Assembly (NCBI GenBank): GCA_965248055.1
Contig: CBDFIJ010000004.1
Span: 1,696,001-1,760,000, forward strand
From: Candidatus Multivoradales bacterium
GTDB taxonomy: Bacteria; Acidobacteriota; Thermoanaerobaculia; Multivoradales; JAHEKO01
DNA length: 64,000 bases
Direction: 5' to 3'
This document shows positions 19,304-28,359 of the stretch, in pieces. The notes under the pieces are model-generated. The model was not told where the DNA came from. It searched no databases and saw only the letters and a program-made list of their open reading frames with translations. The position numbers and the translations under genes are program-made. The first letter of the stretch is position 1; each line of letters begins with the position of its first letter.

Positions 19304-22300
19304 GTGAAATACGCATCAGGCGGGAAAGCAAATTGGCTCGGGGCGAATTTCGAGAAGCGGGTTGCCACTGAATCGCTCATCACACTTCTCCTTGACGGAA
19401 GGGTATCCACTCAATCACTTGTCGCAGTGAGACTCCAAGCCGCCTCGCGCCCAGACGATATCCATCTCTTCTTTCACGATGGCACTGAACATAGAGTTTC
19501 CGTAAAGTCAGGAGCTCTCAGATACTCATGGAACTCTAATGAGCGGTTCGTTTCGGCCATTGACGAATTCATCGTCGCTTTCAATGATAGGAATCCGAAC
19601 TTAACTCGCTTGGTTCTCTCAACAGAAGCAGAACTCTGTAGCAGAAAGGTACATCACTTCGGGCGATGGCTCGACAAAGTGCGATGTCATCCAGACCTGT
19701 CCTCTTTGTCTGAATCTTCAACCTCGCAAGAAGAAAATCAGTTCTTGGATGACGTAAAGCGGAAACTCAGCGAAAGTGTCAATGATATTCACGATTTCCT
19801 AGCTCTGGTCCACGTTGAAGGGTCAATCGGCTACGAACAATGGTTTGACCAAACTGTAATTCGATTGGCTCAAACCTTGGGGATAAGTTCGGCGCGCGCA
19901 AAAGAGATATTGTTTTGTATTGAATCCTTGGTGGCAAAGTACTCAAGTCACGGCGGTCTCGTCAACAGAAATGCCCTCGACAGTGCCCTCGGAAACACTG
20001 GAGCCGCCAGAACAGCCGTTCCAGCACGGGTCCTTCGGGTCTTTCGACGAGAAGATCTGCACCAGCTTACTGACTATGTAGTTCAAGACCAGGCGTTGGG
20101 CTTACAGCTAATTGAGCGCCCCGAACTTATCTGCGCGGAGCCATCAACTCTCACTGTTGTGACCGGGAGGCCGGGAAGCGGGAAGTCGCGCGCACTAGCA
20201 ACGAGGTGTCTCAGTGACCACCCTGCAACTACGATCGTCGTCGGCCCCAGGTTTAGGGAAGAACATCTGCCTGCATTGCGCGAGGTTCTCGTCCGAGAAC
20301 CATGTGTCCTTCTTTGGGATGACGTGGAGGCAAACAACACATTGGTAACTGAAACCGTCGCGGAAGTGTGTGCGCTTGAGAATCACCGAATTTTGCTCTC
20401 TTGCTCTCAGCAGGAATCTCTCGAGTTGATAGACAACCTTCATCAATGGACCCCAAATCACTGTAGCCCAACATTGATAAAACTTGTCCCATTCGACTAC
20501 AAGTCTCTTCTCCGTCTCGTGACCGACCTCGAGCAAAGAATCGGTCTTGAGTTATGCGATGAGACAAGGAACGCTCTTGTGGATCACGCCTTTGCAGCCG
20601 ATGGCGGACCGCGCTTCGCTGTATCCCTTGGGCGGCTCGTAAAACAGAAAACTACTGGAAGAATTAGGCCGGAAGACGTTGCTAAACTGCCCAGTGATCT
20701 AGTACTAGTTTGGCGAAGTCTCTATAGATCTCTGAATTTCGATCGGACAGCTCAAACCGTTCTGAAGCTCTTCAGATTCTTTGCTCAACGAGGTATCCGC
20801 GTCGGTATTGCGGGAGCGGAAGCTGTTGCTGGTATCGCATTGGACATCCCCAACAACGACTTCGACTTGACCGTGGAGCGGCTCTTGGAATCGGGCTGGT
20901 TAGTAGGCCTTGACGAAGTCGAGCTGTGCCACGAGGTGTGTATTGCCGCAATCCCTAACTTCAGCTCTCATCGGCAAGACCGAATCGAAGGCACAATAGC
21001 CTTCAATGACAAGATCGATGGTGAAATTGGCCTTCGTCTTCGATGTGACCTGGTTTCATACCTCTTAGTGGCCTCAACCGTCGCGGTGAGTGAGAATGAG
21101 GCAACAAGCGCAGCGGTACGAGCGGCGACCGTCGGTATGTTAGCGATTGACAAGGTTGTCGGTTGGCATAATTCAGGAAGTTTTACCGAACTACAAATCA
21201 CCACAGCCACCGCTTGCAATGTCGCTGCTGCACAGGGACTTGATAGTGGTTCTATATTTGGATCCGCGACCGCAATAAAACTCAGCTGTGGAGAAGCTGG
21301 TCAGGAGCGGAGGAATTGGTTTCTCGAAAAGGGGGCGGAATTAGCTGGCGATTGTATTGCCCGAGTTATTTCCGAGACTGCGGTCAGTCCAGATTTGCTG
21401 ATTGCGCAGAGCGGACTAATCAAAGTTGAAAGTTGCTGGGCGCGGGCAATGCTGGGTACTAAGACCGGACAGGAAAGAACTGCACTGCTTGAAGAAGCAA
21501 GAAGTCTGGCAACCGAAGTTATCCGATTCTCCGAGAACACCCACAACTTAAGATATCTTGCCCTCGGTCTAATAACCCGTAGCAATACCCTCTTTTATCT
21601 TGCTTCGGAAGGTCCCGGAACATACCTATGGATGGCCTTTCGTGCCCATTTGGACGCCTCTAGAGCAATTGTCATCTGTCAATTAAACGGTTTTGTCCGA
21701 CTTATCGCTGCCGCACTTCTTCCTGCGGCAGCTTCAGAAGCTCGCATTTCAAGTTTTTCTGAGGGTGTAGCACGAAGTGAACTACTGGAGAGTTCACGCA
21801 CTCGTTCTTTGGAGGCAAGTAAGAGTTTCGAATATTTAGGATTAAGTGAACTTGAAGCCCATGCTCTATCAAACTGCGCAGACGCGACTTTTGAGCTCGG
21901 GGAGAATGAGCAAGAACAAAAAAGAGTTCAAATCGTTCGCCTCGGAGACGCAGCGATCTCTGCAGCTAAGCGTTCTGGCAACGGCATTGCTCTATTCGAG
22001 GCTCAAGTGGGGGCGGCTATTCGAAAAATGGAACTTGGCAAGCTCGATGAATCTCTTGTTCCGAGTGCTGTAGCACTCGCGAAATCTGCTCTTCATACGG
22101 CCCAGAACTACGGAAATACTAGAAATCTTGGCCGGGCCTACCTAGCGCTAACCCGAACAGTGGTCGTAGCTATGGAGTGTTCCAAGGAAATCGAGGAAGA
22201 GCAAAAGTGGCGTGCCTACGGCCTTGAGTTGGCCGAGAAAACAATCCAGGCCCACATCGATAGTGACTACTCGTCCCTACTTTCTTTGTCTCTCTTGTTG

Positions 22301-22498
22301 GCTCGTCTTGATGCAAAAACAGAAACCGAAACGGCACTCACGCTACTAATATCTATCGCTAAAGAAGCAATTGAACCCTCGCTCTCCGATCTTACCTACG
22401 ATATCGGAAGGAGCTTAACTGAAACTGGAACCGATACCGGTAGAGAACTAGGGATCTCATTGGTGATCGCTGCTCTTAATAGCACTTTCACCGAATAG
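19304..22498 (+). CDS. STAND-like P-loop NTPase with N-terminal PD-(D/E)xK-like nuclease and C-terminal helical/TPR-like region (candidate Avs-like defence protein)
   Basis: SGG..N..G..FE..VA, RLQ....PDDI, SVK; Walker A GRPGSGKS; Walker B VLLWDD; GGP sensor-like motif; visibly AT-richer than flanks. Confidence 0.65.
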   Translation: MKYASGGKANWLGANFEKRVATESLITLLLDGRVSTQSLVAVRLQAASRPDDIHLFFHDGTEHRVSVKSGALRYSWNSNERFVSAIDEFIVAFNDRNPNLTRLVLSTEAELCSRKVHHFGRWLDKVRCHPDLSSLSESSTSQEENQFLDDVKRKLSESVNDIHDFLALVHVEGSIGYEQWFDQTVIRLAQTLGISSARAKEILFCIESLVAKYSSHGGLVNRNALDSALGNTGAARTAVPARVLRVFRREDLHQLTDYVVQDQALGLQLIERPELICAEPSTLTVVTGRPGSGKSRALATRCLSDHPATTIVVGPRFREEHLPALREVLVREPCVLLWDDVEANNTLVTETVAEVCALENHRILLSCSQQESLELIDNLHQWTPNHCSPTLIKLVPFDYKSLLRLVTDLEQRIGLELCDETRNALVDHAFAADGGPRFAVSLGRLVKQKTTGRIRPEDVAKLPSDLVLVWRSLYRSLNFDRTAQTVLKLFRFFAQRGIRVGIAGAEAVAGIALDIPNNDFDLTVERLLESGWLVGLDEVELCHEVCIAAIPNFSSHRQDRIEGTIAFNDKIDGEIGLRLRCDLVSYLLVASTVAVSENEATSAAVRAATVGMLAIDKVVGWHNSGSFTELQITTATACNVAAAQGLDSGSIFGSATAIKLSCGEAGQERRNWFLEKGAELAGDCIARVISETAVSPDLLIAQSGLIKVESCWARAMLGTKTGQERTALLEEARSLATEVIRFSENTHNLRYLALGLITRSNTLFYLASEGPGTYLWMAFRAHLDASRAIVICQLNGFVRLIAAALLPAAASEARISSFSEGVARSELLESSRTRSLEASKSFEYLGLSELEAHALSNCADATFELGENEQEQKRVQIVRLGDAAISAAKRSGNGIALFEAQVGAAIRKMELGKLDESLVPSAVALAKSALHTAQNYGNTRNLGRAYLALTRTVVVAMECSKEIEEEQKWRAYGLELAEKTIQAHIDSDYSSLLSLSLLLARLDAKTETETALTLLISIAKEAIEPSLSDLTYDIGRSLTETGTDTGRELGISLVIAALNSTFTE

Positions 22499-22516
22499 CG
22501 ATCAACAAATACGCGC

Positions 22517-24586
22517 TCAAAACAACCTTCTCTGCTCAGTCTCCGGCGGTCGAAACGAAGCTACCGATAGCTTCGCCGCTCCCTTTTGCAGCCCCACTCT
22601 GCGCCGGTTGATCTCAAAAAAATCATGTAACTCAGTCGCCAGGTGACCTTGCCCCCGGCCACGGCTGGCAAAGTCAGATTGATTGAGACTTCCCTGTCGT
22701 AACTGCCGAATGCGCGATAGGACTTTGTCCTTGCGGGCGGGAAAGTGGCTGTCCAACCAATCAACAAAGATGCCTTGAACCGCTCCAGGAAGTTTGAGCA
22801 GGATGTAGTTGGCGCGCTCGGCACCGGCAGAAGCAGCGGCATCTAGGATCGCAGGAATCTCGTGGTCGGTGAGTCCCGGAATCGAGGGTGCGATCATCAC
22901 CGAGGTGGGGATCCCAGCAGCGTTGAGTTCGCGTACCGTTTTCAATCGAGATCGCGGATGAGAAGCGCGCGGCTCCATCACCTTGGCCAAGTCGCCATCC
23001 AGGGTCGGGATCGAGATCGCGACTCCCACCGCATTGTGGCTGGCCAACTCGGCGAGCAAGTCAAGGTCGCGGGTCACCAGTTGGTTTTTGGTTATCAACA
23101 TCACCGGATTGCGCGCCTCAGCGAGCACCTCCAGGCAGCCACGCGTGACCTTGAGTTTGCGCTCGATCGGCTGGTAGGGATCGGTGACCCCTGACATCCC
23201 GAGTGGCTTGGGCAGCCACTTGGACGACGCGAGCTCGTGACGCAGGAGATCGGCGGCGTTCTCTTTGACCAGGATCTTGGTTTCAAAGTCGAGTCCGGCG
23301 GAGAAGCCCAAGAACTCGTGGCTGTTGCGGGCGAAGCAATTATGACTCACAACTCCGTTGGCGATGAAATCGCCGGTGCCCGTTTCGATATCATAAAGGT
23401 GGCGCTCATCAGCCAGAGGCTCGATCGCAAGAATCTCTAAGTCGGCGCCACTTTTCAAGGCTTGACCTTCGATGCATTTTTTTCGGGAGATCGCTGGGGC
23501 GGTAGTATGCCAAAAGCGTAGACATTCTTTCAACCCGCCCAATAATCTGACTACTTGCAGTGGTTTTCCCTGTTTCCGAATTGGCCGCTCGACCACGCAT
23601 TCAAAACCGAATGCGGACATCGAGTCTAGGATCTGACGAATGATCTCTAGGTCCGTATTCGAAATTCGAAAAACTCTGCGGCTGTAGGAACCCTCGGCAT
23701 CAAAGATGCCAGCAAGAAATCCCTTCTGCCACATTGGCGAAGGCGACTGCGGCCATTCGACGACTTGCCTGATCACGTCGACCGCTTCACGAGCGCTCGT
23801 TCTTATTGCTCGCACTGGTCGAGAGGTGTCTGTCCCAGGCTGAAACTCGAATGAGTAAAGATCGAGCCCCAGGTTCTCGAGGTACTGACGGGAGCGATCC
23901 AAAGCCTGCTCGTCAGCCAGTGCGAGACGAAACTGATGCACGTTACCGCGCGTTCGCCCTTCTCTTTCATACTGGTATGACGCCAAGTGCCCATCGCCTC
24001 GTACCATCCCACACAGATACCCTCTCCGGTATTCGTGATCCGACTCATCTGGAGGAAACGTCGAGCCTCCTGTGCCCAAGAGTCGATTGTTCGTCGTCAG
24101 GTGCGGTCGGCGATGAGGTCCTTGCTCTTTGCCTACAACGTACTTCCAACCCCGCTCGGTCAGAAATCGATGGTTAGGTCCAGCGATGAGTTCCGTTCCG
24201 TCCGCCAGGATGATCCGGTAGGCGGGCTGCCTTGTGGCCCAATGGGCGTGAACCTGAGTCCTCGTGTATTTGCGGTAGTGGCCCTTGCGAGTCGTTCCGT
24301 ATATTTCATCTCCCGGACGTATCTCGGCCAACGAACGAGTTGACCCGTCCGCCATGAGAATCCGCGTTTCGCCATCCAGACAGTAGGAGCATCCGTGCTC
24401 GCAACCTCGATAAGGATTGATCGAAGCGTCAAAGGCGACATCGGGGCTTTTATTGGTGGCGATGATGCTCTTGCTGGAATCGACTAAGTACTGGGTCGAT
24501 TTCCGGTCGAGTCGAGGCTCGTCCCATTCAAGCGATAGACGCTCAAAGCGGTTAGCTGGGTTGTTGTCTACTCCTCGACCTTTCAT
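22517..24586 (-). CDS. Rv2578c/PA0069-family radical SAM protein containing an intein
   Basis: GRG..NNP.NRFE, SINPYRGCEHGCSY|intein|CFAR, TDPYQPIER, ITKN, MEPRA, IPGLTD; start placed downstream of the terminator at 24631-24666. Confidence 0.92.
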   Translation of the reverse strand: MKGRGVDNNPANRFERLSLEWDEPRLDRKSTQYLVDSSKSIIATNKSPDVAFDASINPYRGCEHGCSYCLDGETRILMADGSTRSLAEIRPGDEIYGTTRKGHYRKYTRTQVHAHWATRQPAYRIILADGTELIAGPNHRFLTERGWKYVVGKEQGPHRRPHLTTNNRLLGTGGSTFPPDESDHEYRRGYLCGMVRGDGHLASYQYEREGRTRGNVHQFRLALADEQALDRSRQYLENLGLDLYSFEFQPGTDTSRPVRAIRTSAREAVDVIRQVVEWPQSPSPMWQKGFLAGIFDAEGSYSRRVFRISNTDLEIIRQILDSMSAFGFECVVERPIRKQGKPLQVVRLLGGLKECLRFWHTTAPAISRKKCIEGQALKSGADLEILAIEPLADERHLYDIETGTGDFIANGVVSHNCFARNSHEFLGFSAGLDFETKILVKENAADLLRHELASSKWLPKPLGMSGVTDPYQPIERKLKVTRGCLEVLAEARNPVMLITKNQLVTRDLDLLAELASHNAVGVAISIPTLDGDLAKVMEPRASHPRSRLKTVRELNAAGIPTSVMIAPSIPGLTDHEIPAILDAAASAGAERANYILLKLPGAVQGIFVDWLDSHFPARKDKVLSRIRQLRQGSLNQSDFASRGRGQGHLATELHDFFEINRRRVGLQKGAAKLSVASFRPPETEQRRLF
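23339..24382 (-). mobile_element. 348-aa intein with LAGLIDADG homing endonuclease
   Basis: Block A CLDGETRILMADG; block B AGPNHRFLT; YLCGMVRGDG and FLAGIFDAEG; blocks F/G LYDIETGTGDFIANGVVSHN|C. Confidence 0.95.
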
Positions 24587-24630
24587 CTTGAACAGCTTAT
24601 CTTCGGTTTCGAGATCGAACCTCCAGATAC

Positions 24631-24666
24631 AAAAAGGCGGCTCTGGTCCCCCGACCAAGAGCCGCC
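24631..24666 (-). terminator. Intrinsic terminator after 24695-25486
   Basis: Minus strand GGCGGCTCTTGGTC-GGGG-GACCAGAGCCGCC-TTTTT. Confidence 0.8.
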
Positions 24667-24694
24667 CCTCCGCGTCCTCGCGGATGAAAACGCG

Positions 24695-25486
24695 CTACTC
24701 CCCTTCTTCTTCCTCTTCTTCCTCTTCTTCATCCATGCCCGGGCCGTAGATGATCCAATACAACTCGTCGCTGTGGCCACTGCGGTCCATCACTTCGGCC
24801 CGCGTAGCCCTGCTTTCCTCGCTACTAGCAGCTTCATAAGCTGCACCAATTGCATCATTTTTGTCGAGGCCCGAGAACGTTTGCCAGCCGCCATGAGTCC
24901 ACTCAGAGTTGGTGTGGTACTCCTGCGAGAAGGTTCCGTAACCACTGATCACGCCGTCGGCCAGTAGCTGAGCATCAATTCCATTACCACCGTCCATCCA
25001 TGCACTCGCTTCAGCGCGTTTTCCAGGCTGGGCTTTGAACACGGAAATCGACAAGAACTCCGCTGCGGGAGCATCGGCGTTGTACTCGAAGGTCGAGTGG
25101 CTAATGACCATTTCGTCCATGCCGTGGATCAGGTCTTGTAAGTCCTGCTGAGAGCTTTCGCCCTCTTCGCCTAACTCCTTAAAGTGAGCCTCAAATGCTC
25201 CAGTGGTTGCCTCCCACGCAGTCCAACTGGGGTAGGTAACCCAGGCCATATGAGTGTACTCAGGCCCGTCCAAGGTTCGATTGGCGATACCCCAACCCAT
25301 CACGTTTCCGGCGTCCATTTGGCCGTTTAGGACGTCGTTAAGACCATACTTTTTCATGTGATCAACCAAGCCGTTACCGTCTTGATCTTTGGCTTGGTAA
25401 TAGGTCACCAAGCTGATCGGATCGGCAGCCGCCACCACCGGAAATACCAATAACAAAGCTAATACAAGTAATCCAAACCGCTTCAT
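24695..25486 (-). CDS. Secreted hypothetical protein with duplicated alpha/beta module and poly-Glu tail
   Basis: Signal peptide MKRFGLLV..VAAA; two similar halves (Y/F.AK/Q...G.. and YTH/WTH); E9 tail. Confidence 0.7.
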   Translation of the reverse strand: MKRFGLLVLALLLVFPVVAAADPISLVTYYQAKDQDGNGLVDHMKKYGLNDVLNGQMDAGNVMGWGIANRTLDGPEYTHMAWVTYPSWTAWEATTGAFEAHFKELGEEGESSQQDLQDLIHGMDEMVISHSTFEYNADAPAAEFLSISVFKAQPGKRAEASAWMDGGNGIDAQLLADGVISGYGTFSQEYHTNSEWTHGGWQTFSGLDKNDAIGAAYEAASSEESRATRAEVMDRSGHSDELYWIIYGPGMDEEEEEEEEEGE

Positions 25487-25596
25487 TCAACCTCCTGTTT
25501 GCTCCGTTGCACAATGCAACTTCAAAAAAACTTGTGACAAAGATAGCACAGGGTGACAACCCTGTTGCACACAAATGTATGGTACGGTGTGCTGCT

Positions 25597-26214
25597 ATGG
25601 GCAAGACACCCCCCGGAGAAACTCGACACAGCGTCTTTAACTTCGTGCGCCAGCGATTACTCGCGGGAGAGCCTCCAACGGTGCGTGAGGTTCAAAAGGA
25701 ATTCGGTTTTCGTTCGGTACAGACCGCGCGCCAGCATTTGGAAACCCTGGTTGGCGAAGGTCGTTTGAGCAAAACGGCCGGTCATGCCCGAGCTTATCGC
25801 CTGCCACAACCGGTCCAGGTATCCCCCCGTTGGATACCGCTGTTGGGACGGGTGCAAGCAGGATCATTGACCACGGCCGTGGAAGACCTGGAGGGCTATT
25901 TGCCCCTGGACAATCGCTCTATGGGGCATGACGTCAGCGACGAATTGTTTGGTCTGCGAGTGCAAGGTGACAGCATGATCGGGGTCGGCATCCTGGATCG
26001 AGATGTGGTGGTCGTTCGTCGCCAGCCGACCGCTGATTCTGGAGCCATCGTGGTCGCTCTGGTTGGCGATGAGGCAACCGTCAAGCGACTTCATAAGCAC
26101 GGGGGACAACTCGAGCTTCGGGCCGAGAATCCGCGCTATGAGTCGATCATCCCGGATCCCAAAGAGCTGTCCATCTTGGGCAAGGTAATCGAAGTGCGGA
26201 GGTTCCTGGGGTGA
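25597..26214 (+). CDS. lexA: LexA repressor
   Basis: PPTVREV...FRS....HL..L; cleavage site GRVQAG; catalytic GDSM and ATVKR. Confidence 0.93.
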   Translation: MGKTPPGETRHSVFNFVRQRLLAGEPPTVREVQKEFGFRSVQTARQHLETLVGEGRLSKTAGHARAYRLPQPVQVSPRWIPLLGRVQAGSLTTAVEDLEGYLPLDNRSMGHDVSDELFGLRVQGDSMIGVGILDRDVVVVRRQPTADSGAIVVALVGDEATVKRLHKHGGQLELRAENPRYESIIPDPKELSILGKVIEVRRFLG

Positions 26215-26849
26215 ACTTAGTCGCCGCTCGGAAGCCTGCGTTGCACTACCAGGATTCGATCCGGCGTGGGGTTGATAGGCCGACAACCGCCACTGGGTGG
26301 TCCTTGCCAACCTTTTGCGGTCGCTTGGTAGAACTTTCCGCAGGACACGCCAGCGCAGTCTTGAGCCTGACCATGCGGTTGATTCGTGAAGCACAATTGC
26401 AAGGAGAAACCGTGGCCTGGGTGGCGCGCCCGGGAAGCTCCTTTTTCCCTCCCGACGCGGTGCGCTGTGGCGTAGACCTGGGCGCCTTGCCGGTGATTCG
26501 CCCACGACAAACCATGGACGCCTTGAGCGCTGCTGATCATTTACTGCGTTCGGGGGCTTTCGGCTTGGTCGCCATCGACCTTCAACCCAGAGCCTTCCTG
26601 CCAATGCGCGCCCAAACACGGTTAGCCTCGTTGGCCAAAAAGCATCTATCCGCCCTGTTGTTATTGACTGAGAAAGAGCAAACCCAAGCTTCGCTGGGAT
26701 CGTTGATCTCGCTACGAGCACATATTGAACGGCATGCCGACAGCAGCGGAAGACGCTACCGGTGTCGAGCTCAAGTATTGAAAGACAAGCAAAACGGACC
26801 GGGTTGGCAACACCTGGAGACCCTCAGTGGACCGCCTGGCTTGTCTTGA
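26211..26849 (+). CDS. imuA: ImuA (RecA-like mutasome subunit)
   Basis: GRLVELS, AWV, FFPPD...GVDL, LLRSGAFGLVAID; lies between lexA and imuB. Confidence 0.85.
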   Translation: MNLVAARKPALHYQDSIRRGVDRPTTATGWSLPTFCGRLVELSAGHASAVLSLTMRLIREAQLQGETVAWVARPGSSFFPPDAVRCGVDLGALPVIRPRQTMDALSAADHLLRSGAFGLVAIDLQPRAFLPMRAQTRLASLAKKHLSALLLLTEKEQTQASLGSLISLRAHIERHADSSGRRYRCRAQVLKDKQNGPGWQHLETLSGPPGLS

Positions 26850-28341
26850 TCTGCCCGCGTTTCCACTCCAACTGCAGTGCAATCGGCAACCGGAATGGCG
26901 GCAATTTCCTTGCGCGATCATTGACCATGACAAGCCGCAAGGCTGCCTGCTTTGGGTCAATGAAAAGGCTCGAGAGAAAAGAATCCTGCCGGGGATGCGC
27001 TATGCCTCAGCACTGGCGCTGAGCAAAGAACTCCGCGCCACAGAAATGGCTGCAGCTCAGGTCGAGCAGGCGATTGAACAACTATCCGAAGAAACACTAG
27101 CGGCATTCTCGCCGCGCGTCGAGATTTCAGAAAAAGAACCTGGGATCTTTTGGTTGGATCTTGCCGGCTTGGAGCGACTGTTCCCCGACTTGGAACATTG
27201 GGGTCAACGATTGCAGCGGCGCTTACAAAGCGCAGGCTATGTCGGCCGTATCGTTATCGGCTGGGATCGCTTTTGCACCTACGCACTGGCGAAGCAAGCG
27301 GGTAGGCAAAGCTCTGGTCACCAATTGCGGGTTGGCTCCTCTCCAGAGCAAGAAAGACAAGATGCCTCACAGGTACCACTAGCTCGCTTGCACCTCGACC
27401 CAAAGATCCGCGAAGCACTCAACGACTTGGGAGTCAGGACGGTCGGTGAGTTCATCACTCTGCCCCGACAAGGGATCGACCGTCGCTTTGGCACATCGGT
27501 CAGGAAACTCCATGAGTTAGCCTGTGGCGAACGAGAACCCCCTCTACAAGCCCATGTCCTCACCGAAGAGGTCTCGGAAGGGGTCTTCTTGGAGCAATCG
27601 ATTGTCGACCTAGAGCGATTGCTGCGATGGATTGAGTCGCTTCTCACGATGGGGCTAAAGACCATCCAAAGCCGGGGGGAATGCGCGCAAGCCCTGACTC
27701 TCGAACTGTGCTCGGAAAATGGTTCTGTTGCAACCCAACAACTCCGACCAGCCGAACCGACCAACGACCTGGGTCAATGGCTAGAACTGGTGCGATTGCG
27801 CCTAGAGTCGCAATCGATCGACAACGTTCAAGAGTTGCGAGTGGCGATCAACGGGCGGTGCGTGTCACCGGGTCAAATGGAGTTATTTGCCCGTGCTCCC
27901 CGACGCGACCTTGCGGCGGCCAATCGTGCTTTGGCTCGCATTCGGGCAGAACTGGGAGATCACCGTGTCTGTCAAGCCGAGATCCAAGATGGACATCTAC
28001 CGGAAGCTCGCTTTACTTGGCAGCCGGCAGGAAAACTGAGCGCCGCGCAACCTCCTTCTTTAGGCCAAGCGACCCTGGTTCGCCGCTTGTTCCATCGACC
28101 CAAAGCCTTGCCGCCTCGGACGCGACGAGAACCCGACGGCTGGTTGATGCGCGGCCTGGGCGATAGTTTGGCCGATAGCCCGGTGGATCGGGTGCGCGGT
28201 CCTTTCATCATTGCTGGAGGTTGGTGGCGTCGATTGGTTCATCGCGAATACCACTTCGCGGAAACCCGTAACGGCGAGTTGCTATGGACTTATTACGACC
28301 GTGTCCGTCGTCGTTGGTTTCTGCACGGACGCGTGGAGTAA
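26827..28341 (+). CDS. imuB: ImuB (inactive Y-family polymerase)
   Basis: LACLDLPAFPLQ, FSPRVE, LG..TVG.F..LP, RFG, GPFIIAGGWW, REYH, WFLHG. Confidence 0.9.
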   Translation: MDRLACLDLPAFPLQLQCNRQPEWRQFPCAIIDHDKPQGCLLWVNEKAREKRILPGMRYASALALSKELRATEMAAAQVEQAIEQLSEETLAAFSPRVEISEKEPGIFWLDLAGLERLFPDLEHWGQRLQRRLQSAGYVGRIVIGWDRFCTYALAKQAGRQSSGHQLRVGSSPEQERQDASQVPLARLHLDPKIREALNDLGVRTVGEFITLPRQGIDRRFGTSVRKLHELACGEREPPLQAHVLTEEVSEGVFLEQSIVDLERLLRWIESLLTMGLKTIQSRGECAQALTLELCSENGSVATQQLRPAEPTNDLGQWLELVRLRLESQSIDNVQELRVAINGRCVSPGQMELFARAPRRDLAAANRALARIRAELGDHRVCQAEIQDGHLPEARFTWQPAGKLSAAQPPSLGQATLVRRLFHRPKALPPRTRREPDGWLMRGLGDSLADSPVDRVRGPFIIAGGWWRRLVHREYHFAETRNGELLWTYYDRVRRRWFLHGRVE

Positions 28342-28359
28342 CAAGTACAGCTAGAACCC

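Noticed and set aside
24587-24658. Extended N-terminus of the radical SAM ORF; likewise the nqrE (46275) and CBS (41472) extensions
   Set aside because: The extensions run through a terminator, a palindromic insert or nqrM; downstream starts fit family N-termini better
24698-24732. (GAA/GAG)n simple repeat as a contingency locus
   Set aside because: Mixed codons encoding an acidic tail, not a pure slippage tract
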